Source: Eledone cirrhosa (lineage: Eukaryota). From it: a stretch of DNA of 64,000 nucleotides. Where the stretch lies: contig OZ024742.1 of assembly GCA_964016885.1 (NCBI GenBank), positions 368,714,001 through 368,778,000 of the forward strand, written 5' to 3'. The notes under the pieces are model-generated. The model searched no databases. It saw nothing but the letters and a program-made list of their open reading frames with translations, and was not told the origin of the DNA. Both the position numbers and the translations under genes were made by a program. Shown here piece by piece: positions 45,001 to 54,038 of this stretch. The stretch's first letter is position 1. Every line of letters starts with the position of its first letter.

Positions 45001-47314
45001 AAGACACCCTATTCCAATGTTCCGAGTCTACCAATAAACAGATCCTACAAGACACCCTATTCAAATGTTCCAAGTCTACCAATAAACAGATCCTACAAGA
45101 CACCCTATTCGAATGTTCCAAGTCTACCAATAAACAGATCCTACAAGACACCCTATTCTAATGTTCCAAGTCTACCAATAAACAGATCCTACAAGACACC
45201 CTATTCCAATGTTTCAAGTCTACCAATAAACAGATCCTACAAGACACCCTATTCCAATGTTCCAAGTCTACCAATAAACAGATTATACAAGACACCTTAT
45301 TCGAAGTCTACCAATAAACAGATCCTACAAGACACCCTATTCCAATGTTTCAAGTCTACCAATAAACAGATTCTTCAAGACACCTTATTCGAAGTCTACC
45401 AATAAACAAATCCTACAAGACACCCTATTCCAATGTTCCGAGTCTACCAATAAACAGATCCTACAAGACACCCTATTCCAATGTTTCAAGTCTACCAATA
45501 AACAGATTCTACAAGACACCTTATTCGAAGTCTACCAATAAACAGATCCTACAAGACACCTTATTCCAATGTTTCAAGTCTACCAATAAACAGATTCTAC
45601 AAGACACCTTATTCCAATGTTTCAAGTCTACTAATAAACAGATTCTACAAGACACCTTATTCCAATGTTTCAAGTCTACTAATAAACAGATCCTACAAGA
45701 CACCTTATTCCAATGTTTCAAGTCTACCAATAAACAGATCCTACAAGACACCCTATTCCAATGTTCCGAGTCTACCAATAAACAGATCCTACAAGACACC
45801 TTATTCCAATGTTCCAAGTCTACCAATAAACAGATCCTACAAGACACCCTATTCCAATGTTCCGAGTCCACCAATAAACAGATCCTACAAGACACCCTAT
45901 TCAAATGTTCCAAGTCTACCAATAAACAGATCCTACAAGACACCCTATTCAAATGTTCCGAGTCTACCAATAAACAGATCCTACAAGACACCCTATTCCA
46001 ATGTTTCAAGTCTACCAATAAACAGATCCTACAAGACACCCTATTCCAATGTTCCAAGTCTACCAATAAACAAATCCTACAAGACACCCTATTCCAATGT
46101 TCCGAGTCTACCAATAAACAGATCCTACAAGACACCCTATTCCAATGTTTCAAGTCTACCAATAAACAGATTCTACCAGACACCTTATTCGAAGTCTACC
46201 AATAAACAGATCCTACAAGACACCTTATTCCAATGTTTCAAGTCTACCAATAAACAGATTCTACAAGACACCTTATTCCAATGTTTCAAGTCTACTAATA
46301 AACAGATTCTACAAGACACCTTATTCCAATGTTTCAAGTCTACTAATAAACAGATCCTACAAGACACCTTATTCCAATGTTTCAAGCCTACCAATAAACA
46401 GATTCTACCAGACACCTTATTCGAAGTCTACCAATAAACAGATCCTACAAGACACCTTATTCCAATGTTTCAAGTCTACCAATAAACAGATTCTACAAGA
46501 CACCTTATTCCAATGTTTCAAGTCTACTAATAAACAGATCCTACAAGACACCTTATTCCAATGTTTCAAGTCTACCAATAAACAGATCCTACAAGACACC
46601 CTATTCAAATGTTCCAAGTCTACCAATAAACAGATCCTACAAGACACCCTATTCCAATGTTCCAAGTCTACCAATAAACAGATCCTACAAGACACCTTAT
46701 TCCAATGTTCCGAGTCTACCAATAAACAGATCCTACAAGACACCTTATTCCAATGTTCCAAGTCTACCAATAAACAGATCCTACAAGACACCCTATTCCA
46801 ATGTTCCGAGTCTACCAATAAACAGATCCTACAAGACACCTTATTCCAATGTTCCAAGTCTACCAATAAACAGATCCTACGAGACACCCTATTCAAATGT
46901 TCCAAGTCTACCAATAAACAGATCCTACAAGACACCCTATTCGAATGTTCCGAGTCTACCAATAAACAGATCCTACAAGACACCCTATTCAAATGTTCCA
47001 AGTCTACCAATAAACAGATCCTACAAGACACCCTATTCCAATGTTCCAAGTCTACCAATAAACAGATCCTACAAGACACCCTATTCAAATGTTCCAAGTC
47101 TACCAATAAACAGATCCTACAAGACACCCTATTCCAATGTTCCAAGTCTACCAATAAACAAATCCTACAAGACACCCTATTCCAATGTTCCGAGTCTACC
47201 AATAAACAGATCCTACAAGACACCCTATTTAAATGTTCCAAGTCTACCAATAAACAGATCCTACAAGACACCCTATTCGAATATTCCGAGTCTACCAATA
47301 AACAAATCCTACAA
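1..47314. repeat. 48-bp satellite array (Sat-A), about 985 monomers, continuing off the left edge
   Basis: Head-to-tail copies of TCTACCAATAAACAGATCCTACAAGACACCCTATTCCAATGTTCCAAG with recurrent SNP variants, 40-bp (8-bp deletion) and 49-bp (GATCCAAACAAG) monomers; ends at ...AATCCTACAA (47314). Confidence 0.99.
8186..33217. repeat. Two adjacent copies of a 12,516-bp higher-order repeat of Sat-A; a third copy starts near 34853
   Basis: Identical variant patterns at a constant offset: 8186/20702, 10475/22991, 13860/26376, 15765/28281, 18902/31418. The copies diverge in the last ~0.4 kb. The third copy lies at +14151, then +14103 after loss of one monomer. Confidence 0.9.
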
Positions 47315-47420
47315 AGTACTTTATTTTATTAACCCCTCTGTGCGGATTGAACTCAGAATATAGGGACATAACAATATGCCATAAAGCATGTTGTTGACGC
47401 TCTACCGATTAATGCCAATC
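47315..47420 (-). mobile_element. tRNA-derived SINE fragment (head and part of body) abutting the satellite end
   Basis: Minus strand reads TGGCATTAATCGGTAGAGCG...GAGTTCAATCC...GGGGTTAATAAAATAAAGTAC, homologous to the copies at 49881 and 62368. Confidence 0.7.
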
Positions 47421-48254
47421 CCTGCCAATTCACCCCCTTCTAACACTAATTACTCAAGCATAACAGTGGAACCCCCTTCTTTTTTTTGTTAAGTGAATTT
47501 GAGCAAAGATGTCTTACACACTTATATACCTTGATTTTCAGACACAATGACACACATTTACATGACCAAAGCACATAAACCTATGTTGGTCAAGTGATGA
47601 TGTGTTTTAGTTCAGAGGCAAAGCAGATACGTGTCTTCTATAGAAGAGACAATGTAGAACTCTGGACAAAATACTTCCTTTAATTTCATAAAAACAAGTA
47701 GCATTAAGCTACTAAGAGTAGACTAATGAAATATAGCCTTCACCTACACAAATTAGCCTTTGTAGATTGTGAGGTGGCAGTAAGAGCAGTAACAGCAGCA
47801 ATAGATGTCTAAATAACAGTACTTTAGAATACTAGTTGAGAGGCTTCATAATACAGTATTTGTTAAGTACAGGATATGAGTGACTATAGAACAATAGCCA
47901 TGTATATTTATTGTTTTCCAGCTAAAACTTACAATGCATATATTTGATAAAATTATGAAGGCGTGTGTCGTGTGTGTCGGTTTTTGAGAGAAGTATAAAG
48001 GAAAACGCTACTTCATATAAAATGGTTTCAAAAGTCTGCTCAGTACACAATTGACAGTTGATACTATTGACAAGGCTGTTAGTCTTCCATTGTATTAATG
48101 TTACATTTCCTGGGAGTGTGACAAACAGGAGACTTCTATTATATCTGTTGGACATGTAATAAACATATTTCATCTCTCTTCTAGGAACTCCTTGGGGAAC
48201 TGTTCAAGTATGGAGTTTATATCAGGTGTCATAGCTTCAAACATATATCTGGGG

Positions 48255-48457
48255 ACAGGCAGAATCGTTGGAGTATCGTACAAAATGCCTTGTGATGTTT
48301 GTCCTGGTTCTTTATGTTCAAATCCCATTGAAGTCAACATTGCCTGTCATCTTTTTAAGGTCAATAAAGTACCAGTCAACTGCTGGAGTTGACATCAACT
48401 TTCTCCTCCACTCTCACCAAAAAATAGATTGCTGACCTTGTACCTAAATTAGCAACA
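48255..48457 (+). mobile_element. Diverged tRNA-derived SINE (same family as 49881-50062)
   Basis: GGCAGAATCGTT head, GTTCAAATCC B-box-like motif, AATAAAGTACCAGT body, GACCTTGTACCTAAA tail. Confidence 0.7.
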
Positions 48458-48465
48458 TTTTCTTT

Positions 48466-48677
48466 TTAACCCTTTACCATTTATATTACTCTATATTTAC
48501 TATTATATTTTCATGGTAAAGCTTTACCTCACATAATATCGAATTTATGAGATTTTGATATTTATTTTGAGAACAATACCTTAACATCAGTATGAGTGGC
48601 CAGTTACAGCTGGTTTGAACAGAAAGAGGTGAGAGAATTCTGGCCAGATACGGCCAGTTTATATGCTAAAGGATTAA
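48466..48677. mobile_element. TTAA-flanked MITE (piggyBac-like non-autonomous element)
   Basis: TTAA-CCCTTTACCAT ... ATGCTAAAGGA-TTAA: imperfect TIR (9/11) with TTAA on both sides, about 200 bp, non-coding. Confidence 0.65.
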
Positions 48678-48847
48678 AGAGTTCACCAGGAAGGAGTGAC
48701 CATGTTGATGGCGCCTGCAACTCCCCCAAGACTTAGAACCTCTCTGGATGGGATATCAATACATTATTTTATTTTGTTCTACTATTAGTCTGTCATTGGA
48801 CTGCTGTCATGCTGGGGCACCATGTTTTAATTAATCATCTCAATAGC

Positions 48848-48937
48848 AACCTCTGACCCCACAAATATTTGACCTTGTGCCTCTATTAGAAACCTCTGAC
48901 CCCCCACAAATATTTGACCTTGTATCTCTAACAGAAA
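48848..48937 (+). repeat. Tandem duplication (2 x ~43-46 bp) of a SINE-tail-like segment
   Basis: AACCTCTGACCCC(CCC)ACAAATATTTGACCTTGT at 48848 and 48891. Confidence 0.8.
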
Positions 48938-49765
48938 CAATTATTCTTAATATTATTATAACTATTATTACATTACTCTATATTTCTTAGCATATTCTAT
49001 TATAAAAAGAGAATGAATTATTGTTTAGACATATTTAACATTTTTAAATATATTTTAAAAAACCCCAGTAAAAACAGCAATAAAAGCCTGCCATTTCAAC
49101 ATACTAAATGAAATGCAAGATAAACTATTCTAAAACAAACTACTTTCAATCCATTAAGCAACACTTAGTTGGTACATCCTGTTTAAAACAAAAAATATTG
49201 AAAAACAAATCCTGCAAAACTATAAAACAGAAAACCTTGGTGGTATCGATTCATCTGGTTTTCTATATAAACTATACGGTAGTAAGGTAACTGGAGTAAA
49301 AACCTAATAAAATATGTCAACAGAGCATAATAAAGACTAATAATAAATATAATTGATCTTCTAAGATAAATAAATGGCAAAAAAGAAGAAAGCCAAGAAA
49401 ATGGCACGATGCCAAATATGTTTTTAAAATGATTAATGTGATTATATTTCTATAATTAAAGAGGTGGAGTAGAAGAAGGAATTCTTTGTGACTATGATGT
49501 TTGAGAGACAGGAGTTGAAGATTGAGTTAATAAAATATTGTATAATTCTGAAGTTATAGCTGTAATGTGTTTCATTATAGATCTACAGTCAGAACAGTGT
49601 CCAACTTAGAGTATTTCTTCTGGTTTCCAGCACTCTGGGGAGCAGAAAGTTGCTTTTCCTCCTTTTGGCATCAATAAAATAAAGTTCCAGTCCAGGATAG
49701 ATTTGTGGGATCAGATACCTTGAGGTTTTTATCCCAGCTTTTTTGTGTTCTTCAGTTGTAGGATG

Positions 49766-49880
49766 AACCCTTCCATTATCATATTTCTAATGAAAAACAC
49801 TGCCTATGGTTTTGAAAATAGTCAAGAATTCGGAGGGATTTAGTAATATAACTTTCTCATTATAAAACTGGTATTATTTT
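49766..49880 (+). mobile_element. Terminal fragment of a CCCTT-ended MITE, homologous to the Sat-B monomer
   Basis: 49766-49808 matches the Sat-B consensus at 39/43 positions and continues into non-tandem sequence related to the reverse complement of about 59510-59556. Confidence 0.6.
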
Positions 49881-50062
49881 GACAGTATCGGTAGAGGGTC
49901 GGACACCATGCTTTGCAGCAAAGAGTTACGGCCCTTTATGGTCCGAGTTCAAATCCCGTCGAGGTTAACTTTGCCTTTCATCCTTACGGGGTCGATAAAA
50001 TAAAGTACCAGTAATGTACTGGGGTAATTGCTGGCCTTGTGCCAAAAGTAGAAACAATTATT
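49881..50062 (+). mobile_element. tRNA-derived SINE
   Basis: Head ...GTATCGGTAGAG, B-box GAGTTCAAATCC, body TTTGCCTTTCATCCTTACGGGGTCGATAAAATAAAGTACCAGT, tail GGCCTTGTGCC; closely similar inverted copy at 51936-52125. Confidence 0.85.
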
Positions 50063-50092
50063 TTATAGCACCTCCACGCATGAGCACAGCAT

Positions 50093-50285
50093 TCATCATC
50101 ACCATCAGCCTTTTATGTCCGCTTTTCCCTGCTTGCAAGGGTGGGATGGGTCCTATTGAGCACAGCATCTCTCCACTTGTCACGGTCCTTCGTCATCTCC
50201 TCCGTGAGCTTCAGCAATCTGAGGTCTGCTCTCACCACCTACGCCCATGTTTTTCGTGGTCTTCCTCTAGTGCATCTTCCTTCTA
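50093..50285 (-). mobile_element. 3' fragment of a third RTE family, with the ORF C-terminus running directly into the terminal hairpin and (GAT)n tail
   Basis: Minus strand encodes GRCTRGRPRKTWA*VVRADLRLLKLTEEMTKDRDKWRDAV, homologous to GRPRKAWDDLINTDL...DRDLWRYTV of the 53158-53736 ORF. Confidence 0.85.
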
Positions 50286-50322
50286 CTGGGATTTCTTAGT
50301 ATCCTTTATATTAATTTTATAC

Positions 50323-50403
50323 CATCAATGCTTTGTAAAAGACCAAGAGATTGGCTACGTATACACAATATTTGTTGACATTTAAAAGTTGTGATTCAGC
50401 TAT
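50323..50403 (-). CDS. Candidate internal exon (81 bp, phase 0/0) IAESQLLNVNKYCVYVANLLVFYKALM
   Basis: TTAG acceptor, weak GTATAA donor, open frame in phase with the 50648-50704 exon; no homology recognised. Confidence 0.25.
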
Positions 50404-50647
50404 CTAATTTAAGACAGAGTTGTTATGGCCCATGCATAAGCACACCATTCTTTATATTAATTATAATAAAAGACCTTTGAAAAACCTTTGAAAGGGAAAA
50501 AAATTAAATAAAATCAATGTCAAGTTAATTTATTTCAGCAAGTCAAACATGGATATGAGGACAATCTATCTGGAGTATCATTTCAACTTGAGGAGATATT
50601 GTTAAAATGTCAGACATTCTGAAGAGAAAAATAAAGTTGTTTCTTAC

Positions 50648-50704
50648 CATTCCTTTGTTCAAGTTCTTATTTATTTGGCAGTAGGCATGGGGAGCACTTT
50701 CATT
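50648..50704 (-). CDS. Candidate internal exon (57 bp, phase 0/0) NESAPHAYCQINKNLNKGM
   Basis: Strong acceptor TTTTTCTGATTTCCAG and donor G/GTAAGA on the minus strand; open frame. Confidence 0.5.
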
Positions 50705-51341
50705 CTGGAAATCAGAAAAATATTATATAAATATATTTTATATATATATAACAGTCTTATTTACTGCCTTGGGTCCTGTTTCCCTCATGGACTCAACTCC
50801 CCTCCCCAATTTCTTTAATATTACACATATATGTTCCTGCTTACTTCTCTACCCTTTGCCCTGTCCGTTATCATACATGCACTTGTACATTCACCCCTAG
50901 ATTCCTGTGGCTCTCTTATGCTCAGAAACATATTCTCTTACAGCTGATACAGACCAACAAAATATGCACACACACCTCTACTTTTCCCTTCACAGCTCTG
51001 AATACACATACACACACATATTAACATACCTTTGCTCATAGCTTCATACTTATAAGCAGACACTCACACTCTTTTACTTACATATACACACATCCTCTTA
51101 GCTTTGAACAGACATATAACAACACACACGCACATAGCTCTATATACAAAATGGCTTTTTTCCATTTCAGGTAGACGCGCTCCATCATCCACTTTTCTAA
51201 AAAAGTACATCATACACAAAACGCCAGCACCAACAGTTTTGCAAGAGATGGCAACATCAATGGACCTGTTATTTTTCTCTAACAACATTTTTTTCAGATT
51301 CCACCACGCCTGTCCCTTCAATCTTTCTAATCTCTCTTCTT

Positions 51342-51377
51342 TCTTCTGATGAAGGACTATTGTCCGAAACGTTAAGA
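51342..51377 (+). ncRNA. Minimal type I hammerhead ribozyme motif of the Penelope-associated kind
   Basis: TCTT-CTGATGA-A-GGAC-TATT-GTCC-GAAAC-GTT-AAGA: conserved core, 4-bp helix II, palindromic AACGTT at helix III, TCTT/AAGA helix I. Confidence 0.7.
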
Positions 51378-51670
51378 CCCGCTTCCTGCTATTTCAAGGG
51401 TTAACCTAATATATTCCTTCCATATACTGTACCGATTGTGTTGTTATTTCTGTTAACCTTTTACATACATATATATAAGACAGTATATAGAGAAAAATAC
51501 ATAAAGGGGATAGAATACCACCAGAGTGAAAACCATATTGTCTACGAAAGGAATGGAGAATACATCTCAATTAAAAGAATAAATTAAAATGTACAAGCCA
51601 TCTGTTTATAACTATACCTCCTGGACATGCTGTAAACATGTTTTGCCACAAATAAAGTGTAGATTCATAC

Positions 51671-51728
51671 CATGGAGGGCTTATCAACAGGTGGGCCAAC
51701 AATATGATCCACTTTTCTATAAACATAT
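51671..51728 (-). CDS. Candidate internal exon (58 bp, phase 2/0) (R)YVYRKVDHIVGPPVDKPSM
   Basis: TTATCAG acceptor, G/GTATGA donor, phase compatible with the next candidate exon. Confidence 0.4.
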
Positions 51729-51935
51729 CTGATAACTAATATACGCACATGGTGGAAAGAGAAAACATGTACGTGGTATAGCCCATGGTGGTGTGAATGG
51801 ACCAAAAGACCACTAAAAACAGCAGCTGAGAACCATTCAACTTTACAATGACAGAGAGAAGTTCTTAAATCTTTATAATTGTTTTGACACAAAGTTTTTC
51901 TTTAAACACAAAACTAGGCAAAATGTAATCCATAA

Positions 51936-52125
51936 TAATAATTGTTTCTACGTTAGGCACAAGGCCAGCAATTACCCAGTGTATTACTGGTACTTTATTT
52001 TATCGACCCCGTAAGGATGAAAGGCAAAGTTAACCTCGGCGGGATTTGAACTCAGAATGGCAAGGGCCGTAACTCTATGCATCAAAGCATGGCGTCCGAC
52101 CCTCTACCAATACTGCCAATCCACC
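51936..52125 (-). mobile_element. tRNA-derived SINE, inverted partner of 49881-50062
   Basis: Minus strand TGGCAGTATTGGTAGAG (A-box), GAGTTCAAATCC (B-box), same body and tail. Confidence 0.85.
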
Positions 52126-52137
52126 ATAATAATAATA

Positions 52138-52138
<1 letters not shown>

Positions 52139-52208
<70 letters not shown>
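52139..52208. repeat. (TA)n microsatellite, about 35 units
   Basis: Direct reading; further (TA)n tracts at 54023-54038, 57612-57656 and 61743-61766, among others. Confidence 0.99.
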
Positions 52209-52210
<2 letters not shown>

Positions 52211-52312
52211 AACAAGTAGGACCCCGACGGCTGAGCTCAAGCCGTTTCGACGGCTAATTCTGGACTAAAGTTTTAGTCCAGAATTAGCCGTCGGGGTCCT
52301 ACTTGTTCCTAT
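52206..52312. repeat. Nested perfect inverted repeat (27-bp outer arms, 22-bp inner arms)
   Basis: 52206-52232 pairs with 52286-52312; 52248-52269 pairs with 52272-52293. Confidence 0.95.
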
Positions 52313-52399
52313 TACCCACTCTACTACCCTAAGTATTGAGTACTTTGGTGTGTTATGGTCCATCTGGTTCCTTACCACATTTCCTTCGTTATATATATA

Positions 52400-52660
52400 T
52401 CATCATTGTTTTAACATCTGATTTCCCTGCTAGCAAAGATTGGACAGGTCTATATAGACCAAGTCCGTACTGAAGCAGAACCACTGATCTCCCAAGAAGT
52501 CCAGGGATCTGTGTCTCGCTTATGTACAATCTCAAGAGAGGTTGTCATGCCTTTCACACAACCCTTTGTCTGGCAAGCTTTCAATGACTGGATGCTCTTC
52601 CTATCACCAACCACTTTACAGCATGTACTGGGGGTATTTATTTTGTAAATCACCAACACT
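52400..52660 (-). mobile_element. Older, diverged RTE/SINE-type 3' tail
   Basis: CATCAT-TGTTTTAACATC end and GGATGCTCTTCCTATCACCAACCACTTTACAG motif shared with the other tails. Confidence 0.6.
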
Positions 52661-52764
52661 AGGAATGTAGTCATATCCTTGATGAGGCTGATGTTGATGA
52701 TTATATATATATATTCATCATCATTTAATGTCTGTTTTGCCATACTATTATGGGGTATATAACT

Positions 52765-54022
52765 ATCATCATCATCATCATCATCATCATCGTTTAACGT
52801 CCATCTTCCACGTTTGCATGGGTTTGGACGGGAGTTTTCCCACTTGAGGCAAGAGTGGTTGTCTTGCTCATATAGGACTGTCTGGTGGCTTTTCTACGGC
52901 TGGATGCCCTTCCTAACACCAACCACATTTACAGTGTGGGACTGGGAGGTTTTTACCGTGTTACCTACATGGCCACATTACAGCGTGGACTGTGTGTTTT
53001 TGTCATGACACCTACACGACCTCATTTGTTTCGGGCTGGATGTTGTGGTACTAACATAACTTTACATTGAAATGGGTGGTGTGGATGAGGTGGGGGTAGT
53101 GGGACAGGGGTGTATTTTTGTTAGAGGTGCCTACTAACTGTAGGTTTTGCTTTGTACTTAGGCAAGGCGGGTCTTGTGTATTACTGTGTAGCGCCAAAGA
53201 TCTCGGTCCAGTGACATTGTCTTGGAGAGGTGTAAGTGTGTGAGGTCGGTATTTATCAAGTCGTCCCAGGCTTTTCTGGGTCTACCTACTCCGTGGCTAC
53301 CGTCTATCTTTATTGCCCTGCACTTTTTTATACAGCTGTCGTCTTTCATGCGCATCACGTGACCATACCAACGCAGTCTTCTCTCGAGTAAACAACATCT
53401 GATCCCTCTTATTCCTAATTTCTCCCTTAGTTCGTTTATGCTTTGCCGTTCACGTATATTACTATTACGCATCCAGCGGAGCATGCAAGCTTCGTTCCTC
53501 TCCAGTCTGCGTATATCCTCTGCACAAAATGCCCAGGTCTCACTGCCATGTAACATTGTTGTTCGTATGCAGGCATTATATAGCCTGCCTTGCATTTTTA
53601 GAGAGAACCCTTTAGCGGCTAATAGTGGTATAAGCTCTCTGAACTTTTTCCATCCAGTTCTGACTCTAGCTACTGTACTTTCAGAGCACCCTCCACCACT
53701 GCTGATTTTGTCACCCAGGTAACGGAAGCTGTCCACTATTTCTATAGAACCCTCTGCGCAATTGAAAGAGCTAGTATTCTGTGGGCACTTGCTGCTACTT
53801 ATTGCACCTGAGCACCGGCCACTATATTCTTAGTTAGCTTACCTGTGATCCCACTATATCTTTTATGTACCCATACTTTGCATTTGGGACATAAAATGGA
53901 GTTTCTGCCTACTCCTTTCCTACACAGTGAGCATGGCCATTTCCCAGATGGGACCGGTGCTCTATTTTCCTTCCTACAAACTAGAACTTTAGTCTTAGAC
54001 AAGTTAACTTTAAGGCCTTTTG
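52765..54022 (-). mobile_element. 5'-truncated RTE-clade LINE (late RT, Cys/His finger, C-terminus, 3' UTR, (GAT)n tail); decayed
   Basis: GLKVNLSKTKVL, WPCSLC...CPKC...H, FRYLG, LHGSETW, RRLRWYGHVMRM, GRPRK motifs; (ATC)n at 52765-52791. Confidence 0.95.
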
Positions 54023-54038
54023 ATATATATATATATAT

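Noticed and set aside
270-47298. Long minus-strand ORFs of (RICLLVDLEHWNRVSC)n as a Cys/His-rich repeat protein
   Set aside because: A 48-bp unit leaves a frame open by chance. The 40- and 49-bp monomers and point stops break it repeatedly, starts are mostly non-ATG, and there are no unique termini.
2906-47298. HOR offsets 6540, 12516 and 14151 are all multiples of 3
   Set aside because: The offsets are not independent and the frames are internally broken, so this is not evidence of coding selection.
1-47314. Plus-strand open frames (LPINRSYKTPYSNVPS)n and (STNKQILQDTLFQCSK)n, superficially like CTD or adhesive-protein repeats
   Set aside because: Every length variant shifts +1 mod 3, so translation reaches the TAA-containing frame after at most two such variants; no frame preservation.
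1-47314. CRISPR array or variable cassette system
   Set aside because: No unique spacers, no cas or recombinase genes, eukaryotic context; variation is only SNPs copied in blocks.
50539-50647. Plus-strand exon-like frame QVKHGYEDNLSGVSFQLEEILLKCQTF* and a strong minus-strand acceptor near 50619
   Set aside because: The minus acceptor is only 29 nt from the upstream donor, too short for an intron; the plus frame has no supporting partner exons.
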